A stretch of DNA of 32,000 nt from positions 1,014,239 to 1,046,238 of the forward strand of contig NZ_CP180230.1 of NCBI RefSeq assembly GCF_047555085.1, in the 5' to 3' direction. The position numbers were made by a program, and so were the translations under genes. Shown in pieces: positions 16,601-25,180 of this stretch. This stretch comes from Candidatus Saccharimonadota bacterium. Lineage in GTDB: Archaea > Nanohalarchaeota > Nanosalinia > Nanosalinales > Nanosalinaceae. How positions within the stretch are numbered: position 1 is the stretch's first letter; every line of letters starts with the position of its first letter. The notes under the pieces were generated by a model. It made no database searches. It was not told where the DNA came from and worked only from the letters and a program-made list of their open reading frames with translations.

Positions 16601-18298
16601 TTATTTCCCTAGGACAATACTAGCACCCTCAGGCATAAACCTTGCTCCCGCTATAAGACGTATATCTGTCGCCTTTATATCAAATCCTCCTTTCCATAGA
16701 CCTGAAAGTTCAGTGGAATTGGTGACATTTAGTGATGTCTGTCCTGAAGATCTTAGAATTGCTTCTCTGCGGACATCAAATACGCTATTGATCGTGTAAG
16801 TTCGTGACGCCAAATCATTTTCTGCATTCATAATACACTCATTTAACGGACCTCTTTCATTACAGAACTCGGTATTATACCGAATCACAACAACTCCATC
16901 CCCTCCATCTCCACCAGAGTGACTATCGCTTCCTGCATATCCCATACCTCCCCCACCACCTCCAAATCCATCTACACCGTCCTCTGGAGGCGCACTTCCT
17001 AGGGCGCCATCCCCTCCACCTCCAAGGCCTCCTTCTCCATAACCAGCTTCAACAGAAATATCGTTTTCAGGGCCCCCTCCACCACCTCCAGCATAGTAAA
17101 TACATTTTCCAGCTATACAGTATTCTTTTCCGTCTCCTCCATCTCCAGGCCTGCCTCCAGCACCGTAACCGTCTTCTCCAGGCTCAGCTGCGCCTCCTCC
17201 ACCAGCTCCTGCTCCAGAACCGGTATCTCCCATCCCTCCATTGTTTCCGAGCCCGTCAGTAGTATCATTTTGAACAGTAGATCCTGGTGTGTCATGACAC
17301 TCTCCAGATCCTCCGCCTCCTGAACCTCCGTCTGTGGCGCTTCCTACAGACGAGTCTCCACACCCTGCTGCCCCACCACCACCTCCTAAAGCAGTGAAGC
17401 CAAAAGCAGATGTGTCACCACCGTTTTCTCCAGCAGTTTCAGTACCGCTCTGAGTTCCTCCCGCACCACCAGCACCTATATCTATACTATAGTCCTGGCT
17501 TGGGTCAACAGAAACACCTTCTCTATAAACAATTCCTCCAGCACCGCCACCACCTCCGTTATCGGCGCCTCCGCCTCCACCACCACCAACAAGCAAAATA
17601 TCAACACTGTTAACCCCGGAAGGTGGCGTCCACTGCGTTGAACCTCCAGTGGTGCTGTAATGTATTTTTTCAACATCTTCAGTTCCTGTGACATTCAGGT
17701 TATCGAAAGATGCAGAAGGATTCTGAGCATCCGATATAAAACCAATCGAATCAGGCTCCACGCCTATATCATGACTGGCAGAAATCTCTCCATCAACATA
17801 AAACTCCATCATTCCCTCACTGTACTCTACAGCAAACTCGTGAGGTGACCCAACATCAAAATTTTTACCTGAAGATACACCACTCACATCTCCGCCTTCA
17901 ATATATCCAATACCGTTAACACCGTGATCATTAGTTATAGTGGCAGTCCACCACCTATTCTCCGATTCATCATACAGAACGAGTCCTGAAGCATCATTGT
18001 CGCCAGCGCCTAAATAATCGGATTCAAAACGAAAACTTTCCGGAAGAGAGATGTCCGCAGGATCGACATGAATAGCAAGATCATCGTTTGAATCATCAGA
18101 CTCTAAAACACAACTAGATTCGTCCCAGATCCAGCCTCCATTGGTATTCCCTCCTCTATTAGTATGCTCCGTCTTCACATAACTAGACTCATTAGAAGAA
18201 CTACAGAAATCATCAGTCAAAACCGTAGAAGAAATGCCAACAGAACTGAAAGCCACAAAGAAGACGAACACAACAAAAAGACTCTTCACAGGCCCCAT
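16601..18298 (-). CDS. secreted or surface protein: signal/anchor helix, jelly-roll (LamG/DUF1080-like) domain, long glycine-rich domain, C-terminal domain
   Basis: 565 aa from ATG 18298; the track start at 18304 is TTG. It has a hydrophobic N-terminus (KSLFVVFVFFVAFSSVGI). Track residues about 236-476 are poly-Gly blocks, starting at VDILLVGGGGGGGADNGGGGGAGGIVY and ending at GGDGGDGVVVIRY. It carries five N-x-S/T sequons. Confidence 0.7.
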   Translation of the reverse strand: MGPVKSLFVVFVFFVAFSSVGISSTVLTDDFCSSSNESSYVKTEHTNRGGNTNGGWIWDESSCVLESDDSNDDLAIHVDPADISLPESFRFESDYLGAGDNDASGLVLYDESENRWWTATITNDHGVNGIGYIEGGDVSGVSSGKNFDVGSPHEFAVEYSEGMMEFYVDGEISASHDIGVEPDSIGFISDAQNPSASFDNLNVTGTEDVEKIHYSTTGGSTQWTPPSGVNSVDILLVGGGGGGGADNGGGGGAGGIVYREGVSVDPSQDYSIDIGAGGAGGTQSGTETAGENGGDTSAFGFTALGGGGGAAGCGDSSVGSATDGGSGGGGSGECHDTPGSTVQNDTTDGLGNNGGMGDTGSGAGAGGGGAAEPGEDGYGAGGRPGDGGDGKEYCIAGKCIYYAGGGGGGPENDISVEAGYGEGGLGGGGDGALGSAPPEDGVDGFGGGGGGMGYAGSDSHSGGDGGDGVVVIRYNTEFCNERGPLNECIMNAENDLASRTYTINSVFDVRREAILRSSGQTSLNVTNSTELSGLWKGGFDIKATDIRLIAGARFMPEGASIVLGK

Positions 18299-18339
18299 AC
18301 ACAATTAATCGATACTCTGAAATATAAATCTAGGAGAAC

Positions 18340-19740
18340 TTACATGTAGCCGAGATCCTTCAAGTTCTCTTTGATCTTTTCATCTTTTACATTCAAATCT
18401 TTCCCTTCCTCGTCCTCTTTCTGAGACGGCTCGCCCACCTTGCTTCTGATTGCCTCTGACGCAGAATCTGAAACAGCTTTATTTCCTCTGCACGGATTCT
18501 CCTCTCTTTCTCCATCCGAGTACTCTATCAGCTGTTCTCTCTCATTTACTGCCGATACACTGTATCTGGAATGCTTTTTCCGATCCTCATCAGTCAAGTC
18601 CAAGTCCCTGAATGCTGGAAAATTCTCTCCACCATAATCCTCAGAAATAGCATAATCCACAGGTTCAATAGTACTGGTGTCTCCATCTGCAAGGTCTATA
18701 ATATGATCTCTGAGCTGCCTCAACTCGACAGCTCCCTCAACATTTGCTTCAACTTCTTCAGGGAATACCTCGATGAGCGGGACATGTGTTACCTCTTCAT
18801 GTAGTCCTACGAGATGGTTCGGTCTCTTATGTGCATACAGGTACTCACCATGATCAGAAGTAAAGATAAATATCGTGTTAGGGTGTTTCCCCCTAATAGT
18901 TTTGTAAAGGTTCTCTAGACGGTAGTCAAGGTAGCTTATCGAGCCATCATACAGAGACTCCTTGATATCCATCATCTCCTCGTCCGGCTCCTTCCTGGAA
19001 TCAAGGTAAGGCTTCATATTCTCGTGATCTGCCTCAAAAATACTCTTGTACCTCAATTTTCTATCTAGGTACTTGTGAGAGTATGGAAACGGTGGCTTAA
19101 ACGGGGCGTGAGGCTCCGCATAGTTTAGAAACATGAAAAACGGCTCGTCATCCAAATCTTCCAAGTATTCAAATGCCTTCTCATTAGTTTTCTTAGCTCC
19201 AGAATCAATCCTCATCGAGGCCTTCTTCAATACGAAAAAACCAGCTTCAAATAGATCCCTGAAGTTGCCTCCCAGCAAGGCCTCTTTTCCGAGCTTCCAG
19301 TACTTCTCCAGCTTCGGGACATTGCGCATCTCCTTGGCCTTCTCAAAAATCGAGTTATCATCTAAGTCAACGCCCTCATTCATAAACTCATGTCTGTCAA
19401 AAAACGTGTCTACTCCTGTAGAAGACGAAAGATAACCTACATTGACTGCCGCCAAGTTAGTATATCCTTTTTCTTTCAAATCATCTTGTAAAACATTCAG
19501 GCCTTCAATATTCTTGTCAAGATCTGCCTTATGCTCCGAGAGATACTGGCCTGAAAACATTGATGCATGAGAGGACAAAGTCCAGTTCGCCTGACTGTAA
19601 GCATTCTCATACACCACATTCTCCTCAGCCAGTTCATCCAAGAACGGTGTTGTCTTCTTTTCATACCCGTAACACGAAAAATTCTGGGCACGGGCAGTAT
19701 CCATTACAACAAGGACAATATTATACCTCTCATCACTCAT
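18340..19740 (-). CDS. sulfatase-fold alkaline-phosphatase-superfamily protein with Thr nucleophile motif (long form 1)
   Basis: Motifs VVMDTARAQNFSCYGY, WTLSSHASMFSG, YAEPHAPF and FTSDHGE are present. It lacks the C/S-x-P-x-R formylglycine motif. The preferred start is ATG 19740 (MSDERYNIV...); the track start is 19779. Confidence 0.75.
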   Translation of the reverse strand: MSDERYNIVLVVMDTARAQNFSCYGYEKKTTPFLDELAEENVVYENAYSQANWTLSSHASMFSGQYLSEHKADLDKNIEGLNVLQDDLKEKGYTNLAAVNVGYLSSSTGVDTFFDRHEFMNEGVDLDDNSIFEKAKEMRNVPKLEKYWKLGKEALLGGNFRDLFEAGFFVLKKASMRIDSGAKKTNEKAFEYLEDLDDEPFFMFLNYAEPHAPFKPPFPYSHKYLDRKLRYKSIFEADHENMKPYLDSRKEPDEEMMDIKESLYDGSISYLDYRLENLYKTIRGKHPNTIFIFTSDHGEYLYAHKRPNHLVGLHEEVTHVPLIEVFPEEVEANVEGAVELRQLRDHIIDLADGDTSTIEPVDYAISEDYGGENFPAFRDLDLTDEDRKKHSRYSVSAVNEREQLIEYSDGEREENPCRGNKAVSDSASEAIRSKVGEPSQKEDEEGKDLNVKDEKIKENLKDLGYM

Positions 19741-19830
19741 AACAGAGATAAGATTCCTGTGAAGTAAAAAAGGTATCATTTAAACATCAAATTCGAATTA
19801 GATGATACTACGGAGTGCAGGATAAATCAA

Positions 19831-20706
19831 ATGAAAACTATAGTAATAGCACTTGACGGACTGGACTATGAACTTGTAAAGGAATTCGAACTGGAAAACA
19901 TTATCCAGGAAGAGACAGGGGAAATCAACAACTACGAAGGCATAAATAAAATCAAGACTTCGGAGCTTTTTGCATCATTTATCACAGGAAAAACCTGGGA
20001 AGAACACGGAGTAACAGGCCTAGCAAAATGGTCCAATCATAGAATACAGAAATTTGAAGATTTAGTTGAAGGGATCTGGTTCTTTGATAAGTTCAGGGAG
20101 CTCAGACAGGCTGTATTCGAGACAGTAGGCCTCTTCAATGCCAGTCAGAGAAAATACACTAAAGAAGATCTCGAGGCAGAAACAGTATTCGAAGAAATTG
20201 AGAACTCAAGAGCAATGTTCGTGCCAAGTTATAATCCCAGCATGACGTGGATTATAAGAGCCGGCACAGCACCTCTAAAATTTGGATTTACTTCCGAAGA
20301 TGTAGTGGAGTACTGGGATAGTAGAGAATACGAACACAGGAAAAGGGAGCTTTTCAGCGAACTGGAAAACGAATTTGTTCCAGCACGTGACCTCCTCATG
20401 TGTCACTTCCACAGGCCTGACATGCACCACCACATGTATGGCGACAAAAACCTCGGAAACTTCGATAAAGCAAAACTAAAAGAACTCTATAAAGAAACAG
20501 ATGACCTGGCTGGAAAGATTAAGAAAAAAGCCCTGGAAAAAGGATACGAAAGGATAATCTTCATGTCCGATCACGGCCTCCCTCTCGCAAAAGGACACAA
20601 CAAGAACGCTTTCTACTCATCCAACAAACCACTTTTCCCAGATAAAACACCACATATAACCGACTTCCATGACGCATTTGTTAAAGAATCAGCGACCAAC
20701 AAGTAA
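19831..20706 (+). CDS. alkaline-phosphatase-superfamily protein, NPP/phosphodiesterase-like (short form, paralog A)
   Basis: 291 aa with IALDGLDYELV, KTSELFASFITGKTWEEHGV, HFHRPDMHHH, IFMSDHGLP and GHNKNAFYSSNK. It is paralogous to 23591-24460 and 28371-29237. Confidence 0.7.
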   Translation: MKTIVIALDGLDYELVKEFELENIIQEETGEINNYEGINKIKTSELFASFITGKTWEEHGVTGLAKWSNHRIQKFEDLVEGIWFFDKFRELRQAVFETVGLFNASQRKYTKEDLEAETVFEEIENSRAMFVPSYNPSMTWIIRAGTAPLKFGFTSEDVVEYWDSREYEHRKRELFSELENEFVPARDLLMCHFHRPDMHHHMYGDKNLGNFDKAKLKELYKETDDLAGKIKKKALEKGYERIIFMSDHGLPLAKGHNKNAFYSSNKPLFPDKTPHITDFHDAFVKESATNK

Positions 20707-20708
20707 CT

Positions 20709-22253
20709 ATGCCTGAAGACGAAAATCGGGAGATACTGAATACTTTAGCCAAAGGAGCGGGCATAACCGCCTTCGGAATGTTCGCTTCAAAGTTTCTGAC
20801 GTATCTCTACAGAGCCTTAGTTGGAAGGACTCTCGGCCCTGAAGCCTACGGGCAGCTTGCACTTGGAATAATGATTGTTAATATTGCCGTAACTTTCTCA
20901 GGAGGGCAAATACGTAATGGCCTCAAAAAGTTTATACCCGAGTACAGAGAAGAGAGAAACACAGCTGCTATCAAGGGAATAGTCATTTCAGCACTAGGTA
21001 TAAACATTATAGGCTCCATAATAATTGGATTGACAATATTTTTCTCCGCAGAATTCCTCGCTAATCAGATTTTCAAGAATCCTGCACTAGTGCCAATAAT
21101 CAAAGTATTTGCATTTGTGCCTCTGATATCAAGACCCTATAACACATTCATAGATACAACTATCGGATTCAATACCGCAAAGTACAAAGTTATCACAACT
21201 AATTTCTTCCAGAACATAGTCCAGCTCATTGTAACTGCAGTGCTTATCTACGTCGGCTTTGATGTCATGGGGGCTGTTTGGGGATGGGTTGCTGGAGTAA
21301 CACTCGCTGGAATATTAGGATTCTACTATATGGAGAGAAAAGTTGGTCCTATACTCACAAGCGGAGAGAAACCAGAATACCATGGCAGAGAATTAGTCCG
21401 TTACTCGTTCCCCCTCATGCTCTCAGGGATGGTGAGCATATTCATGGGATGGACTGATACCGCATTCCTCGGATACTACATGAGCGAATCCGTAGTAGGT
21501 CTCTACAACGCAGCCTTTCCAACCGCAATGCTGATACTTATACCGATACAGGCTCTCGGAAGCCTTACACTCACATCCTTTGCAGAACAGAACACTAAAG
21601 ATGAAAATCCAGGAAAAACCCTCAAAACAACAGCAAGATGGGTATTCATATTCACATTTCCTGCCTTCCTCATAATGACGCTCTACTCAAGCGAATTACT
21701 ACACCTCCTATTCGGCTCCAAGTTCGCATCTGCCGGAACTGCACTAGCAGTACTGGCGCTCGGAAACATGCTGGGCGCATCAACAGGACATATCGCCGAT
21801 CTACTGAAATCAAAAGGGCACACAAAACCAATATTCTACAACAACATCGCCAACGTAGTGCTAAACATCATACTCAACATCGCACTCATCCCAACGTTAG
21901 GCATGCTAGGCGCAGCAATCGCCACAGCATCCTCAAGCATCTTCATGAACTTCCTACTAGTAGCAGAAACCTGGAGATACGAAAAAATACACCCATTCAC
22001 CAGAAAAATAATCAAGCCAGCAGCCGCAGGAACAATATCCCTAACAGCCACCTACCTACTCTTCCACCAGCTAATCTCTCCTGCACCGTACTGGCTGCTT
22101 ATACCCGCAGGAATAATCTTCCTAGGCCTCTACACACTAATACTCCTCAAAATAGGAGGCCTCACAGAATACGATCGTGAAATAATAACTACAATAGGGA
22201 GAAAAATCGGATACGAGAAGGAAGTAGAAAAAATGCTTAAGACTCTGACTTAA
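20709..22253 (+). CDS. Wzx/MOP-superfamily oligosaccharide flippase (AglR-like polysaccharide biosynthesis protein)
   Basis: 514 aa with about 14 TM helices. The N-terminal segment is typical of polysaccharide-biosynthesis flippases (GAGITAFGMFASKFLTYLYRALVGRTLGPEAYG). Confidence 0.8.
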   Translation: MPEDENREILNTLAKGAGITAFGMFASKFLTYLYRALVGRTLGPEAYGQLALGIMIVNIAVTFSGGQIRNGLKKFIPEYREERNTAAIKGIVISALGINIIGSIIIGLTIFFSAEFLANQIFKNPALVPIIKVFAFVPLISRPYNTFIDTTIGFNTAKYKVITTNFFQNIVQLIVTAVLIYVGFDVMGAVWGWVAGVTLAGILGFYYMERKVGPILTSGEKPEYHGRELVRYSFPLMLSGMVSIFMGWTDTAFLGYYMSESVVGLYNAAFPTAMLILIPIQALGSLTLTSFAEQNTKDENPGKTLKTTARWVFIFTFPAFLIMTLYSSELLHLLFGSKFASAGTALAVLALGNMLGASTGHIADLLKSKGHTKPIFYNNIANVVLNIILNIALIPTLGMLGAAIATASSSIFMNFLLVAETWRYEKIHPFTRKIIKPAAAGTISLTATYLLFHQLISPAPYWLLIPAGIIFLGLYTLILLKIGGLTEYDREIITTIGRKIGYEKEVEKMLKTLT

Positions 22254-23594
22254 TCAGGTAAAAATCTTCAACTTGTCAATCATACTCTCAGCTTTTTCCT
22301 CTAATCCCTCAAAAACTTCCTCAGCCTCCTCTTCACGGAAATCCGAGTTAATCCTAATATTCTCTTCACTGTAGCCTCTGATAACTTTTTCACCATCCTT
22401 TTCTACAGAAACACTGTCCTTCGTAAAGTCATATATCATCTCGCCCTCCACAAATTTTGGATTATTGGCGATATCCCTGCCAGGATACTCGGTAATAGCA
22501 TACTCAACCTCATCTATAGGCTTCAACGTCCCGTCTGCAATATCAATAATATGATCATGTAGCTGTCTGGTCTCTACCTGATATTCTATGTTCTTATTCA
22601 CATCTTCAGGAAAATCCTCAATTAGGGGTACGCGAGTAACTTCATCGTGAAGACTACCGAAATGCTCAAAGTGATCATGCTCTCCGAATGCTTCTCCGTG
22701 ATCGGATGTTATGATGAACACTGTATTCGGATAATCCTCTTTAATACTATCATAGAGCTCCTTAATCTTCCCATCAAGATACCTCTGCTCGCCTTTGTAG
22801 AGATTTTTCATGGTCTCCAACTCCTCATGATTCACATCCACATCATTCCTGTAAAAATGCGGCGTATGACGCCTCACATACGGAGAGAAACTAGCAAGAG
22901 ATGTAAGCGATAGCCACTTCTTTTTATTATCTAAAAACTTATGGGAATAAGGAAAGGGTGGGCTATAAGGGTCATGCACCTCAAGATAGTTTATAAACAT
23001 ATAAAATGGGTTGTCAGATGCATTAGCATGATTTAAAGCAATCTCATTAGTTCTCTTCGCCCCACTATCATTTAGGAGTAAGACCTCTTTAGTAAGATAT
23101 TTGCCAAGGTTAAATATACCTCTGAAACCTTCCTCTCTGTAACAGGACTTTACTGCTGCACCAAATTTTCCAAAAATACCCTCAGCTTTTTCTATATCCT
23201 CCATCACCCCAATCTTGCTCATGTAATTCGAATTCACATAGTCATATCTGTCAAAATACTCATCAAAACCATACTGAGGCCAGAGAAATGGAACATTTAC
23301 AACACCTATCGTCTCATAACCTCTTTCTGAAAGATGAGAAGGAAACATATCCAAATTTCTCAAATCGTCTTCCGCTGTCATGACTCCATGATGATGTTGA
23401 TGTTTGCCTGTAAACATTGATGCATGTGAGGGCATAGTCCATACCGCCTGAGACACCGGCCTCTCGTACTTAACACCTCCTTCAGCCAGAGAGTCCAAGA
23501 AAGGACTTGTTTCGTCTTCACATCCATAGCAGGAGAGAGTATCTGCCCTGGCTGTATCCATAACAATATGAACTATATTCGGTTTTTCACTCAT
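22254..23594 (-). CDS. sulfatase-fold alkaline-phosphatase-superfamily protein with Thr nucleophile motif (long form 2)
   Basis: 446 aa with IVMDTARADTLSCYGC, WTMPSHASMFTG, YLEVHDPY and ITSDHGE. It is a paralog of 18340-19740. Its ATG overlaps the stop of the upstream gene (ATGA). Confidence 0.75.
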   Translation of the reverse strand: MSEKPNIVHIVMDTARADTLSCYGCEDETSPFLDSLAEGGVKYERPVSQAVWTMPSHASMFTGKHQHHHGVMTAEDDLRNLDMFPSHLSERGYETIGVVNVPFLWPQYGFDEYFDRYDYVNSNYMSKIGVMEDIEKAEGIFGKFGAAVKSCYREEGFRGIFNLGKYLTKEVLLLNDSGAKRTNEIALNHANASDNPFYMFINYLEVHDPYSPPFPYSHKFLDNKKKWLSLTSLASFSPYVRRHTPHFYRNDVDVNHEELETMKNLYKGEQRYLDGKIKELYDSIKEDYPNTVFIITSDHGEAFGEHDHFEHFGSLHDEVTRVPLIEDFPEDVNKNIEYQVETRQLHDHIIDIADGTLKPIDEVEYAITEYPGRDIANNPKFVEGEMIYDFTKDSVSVEKDGEKVIRGYSEENIRINSDFREEEAEEVFEGLEEKAESMIDKLKIFT

Positions 23595-24460
23595 TTTATC
23601 TTGTCCTCGTTATCTGTTAACTCCAGAATTTTATCATAAAAATCCGTGATATGCGGAGTCTCATCTCCAAACAGCTCTCTATTACATGAATAAAAAGCAT
23701 TCTTGTTATGTTCATGTGGACCTGATTTTTTCTCAGGACGACCATGATCCGACATGAAAATCACAGTCCACTCATCACCATACTCCTCAAGAATCTGCCC
23801 GGCAATATCATCAAGTCTTTCATATTCTTCTTCTAAATCTCCAAGACCTGTATCCTGAAACGCATCAGGGTCATGAAGATGAAGCATGATAAAATCCCAA
23901 AAATCCTTTGAAACATCAAAGAAAGCAGGCTGAGTAGCAGTCCCCTGGCGCAACCTTACTTCAGTATCATGTCTAGACTCTTCTACAAACCTTTCTTCTC
24001 CATAATATCTTACAACCGCATGAGGTAAAGCCACGAGCCAGTACATAGAAGGATTATAACTAGGAACATACAGCGGCAATGAAGCATCAATCTCTTCAAA
24101 AATAGTCTCTACCTGCAAATCATCTCTTATATAATTAGTATCCTCCAAGGACTTGCTTTGCTTAATTACATCTCTCAAAGTCCGAAATCCACGAACATGA
24201 CTGACCAAAAAATCAGGAATCAAGTGCTTCGAAATCTTATCTCTAAAAGTAAGCTTCTTCGAAAGGCCTTCAACGCCATGGTCTCTGTAAGTTTCACCTG
24301 TAATAAACGAAGCGAAAAGCTCACTAGTCATCCTATTCTTGATTCCAGTAGAATTATCTATATCCCCGAACTCCTCTTGTGGGATATTTTCAAGATCAAA
24401 CTCTTCTACCAGTTCTTTATCCATTCCATCAAAAGCCACAACTAGAACATTTTCCGTCAT
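23591..24460 (-). CDS. alkaline-phosphatase-superfamily protein, NPP/phosphodiesterase-like (short form, paralog B)
   Basis: 289 aa with VAFDGMDKELV, MTSELFASFITGETYRDHGV, HLHDPDAF, IFMSDHGRP and HEHNKNAFYSCNR. Confidence 0.7.
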   Translation of the reverse strand: MTENVLVVAFDGMDKELVEEFDLENIPQEEFGDIDNSTGIKNRMTSELFASFITGETYRDHGVEGLSKKLTFRDKISKHLIPDFLVSHVRGFRTLRDVIKQSKSLEDTNYIRDDLQVETIFEEIDASLPLYVPSYNPSMYWLVALPHAVVRYYGEERFVEESRHDTEVRLRQGTATQPAFFDVSKDFWDFIMLHLHDPDAFQDTGLGDLEEEYERLDDIAGQILEEYGDEWTVIFMSDHGRPEKKSGPHEHNKNAFYSCNRELFGDETPHITDFYDKILELTDNEDKIK

Positions 24461-25180
24461 TTATTTCCACACCGCTGTTATGACTTTAACATCTCTTTCC
24501 TGGATTTCTTCGTCTTCCTCAGCTTCCTCTATACTCTCAATCTCATATCCGAGTTCCAGTATTTTCTCTTTAACTTTTTCTGTTGGCGAATCAAAAACAC
24601 CATGAGTCTCCACTATCAATACTTCAGGCCGAATTTCAAGACTATCCAGTATTTTCAACTCAGCTCCTTCCACGTCAATTTCTAGAACATCACATTCGGG
24701 AAGATCCTCTACAGGCATAACTTCGGCGTTCATCTCTTCCCCGAACAGGTTCCCTTTCTCTCCTACAATTTTGTGATGAACTGAAATATCTTCTTTTTCG
24801 TTAAATCTCAGCGTCCTTCGAATCTTTTCGACCTGCTCACCACTTGCCTCATATACAGAAACATTTTCAGGTGAAGTTATCTCTGCCGCATGAACTGCAG
24901 AAACACCTAGGCCTCCACCTATAATTATGACTTCGTCTCCAGAAGATACATTTTTCTCAAGGGAATTCAAAATCCCTTTTTCGTAAGTCTCATTGTTCAG
25001 TTCTTTCAGATCTAGAGAGGGTTGGAAAAACCTTGCTGAAGGCACTTCTACACCATTATAAACTCCCTTTCTAAGAGGCATAACTTCTTCCAAAAAATTC
25101 TGGTAAACGAACCTCATACCTCTCTTCAATAATAGAGAAATTCCTCCTTCTTTCACGGCTTTCCGAACTTTATTTTTCAT
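24461..25180 (-). CDS. class I SAM-dependent methyltransferase-like protein (FkbM-like)
   Basis: It has a Rossmann motif VIIIGGGLGVSAVHAAE, an acidic VYEASGEQ segment and the FkbM-like VLEIDVEGAELKIL. The preferred start is ATG 25180; the track start at 25189 is GTG. Confidence 0.5.
   Translation of the reverse strand: MKNKVRKAVKEGGISLLLKRGMRFVYQNFLEEVMPLRKGVYNGVEVPSARFFQPSLDLKELNNETYEKGILNSLEKNVSSGDEVIIIGGGLGVSAVHAAEITSPENVSVYEASGEQVEKIRRTLRFNEKEDISVHHKIVGEKGNLFGEEMNAEVMPVEDLPECDVLEIDVEGAELKILDSLEIRPEVLIVETHGVFDSPTEKVKEKILELGYEIESIEEAEEDEEIQERDVKVITAVWK

Noticed and set aside
16877-17620. Repetitive-looking DNA (CCACC/CCTCC runs) that could be taken for a tandem repeat or CRISPR-like array. 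It includes a His-rich antisense ORF at 17410-17613.
   Set aside because: The periodicity is just Gly codons (GGN) of the glycine-rich domain read on the opposite strand. There are no conserved direct repeats separated by unique spacers.
21638-22180. A 180-aa same-strand alternative-frame ORF inside the flippase gene, encoding an extremely basic R/H/N/T/P-rich product.
   Set aside because: The ORF uses the frame made of codon position 3 plus positions 1-2 of the next flippase codon. Stops there (TAA, TAG, TGA) need a T at flippase third positions, and T-ending codons almost disappear in this segment (2 of 60 counted). The open frame is therefore a by-product of the codon bias. A low-complexity, highly basic product also does not fit an otherwise acidic proteome.
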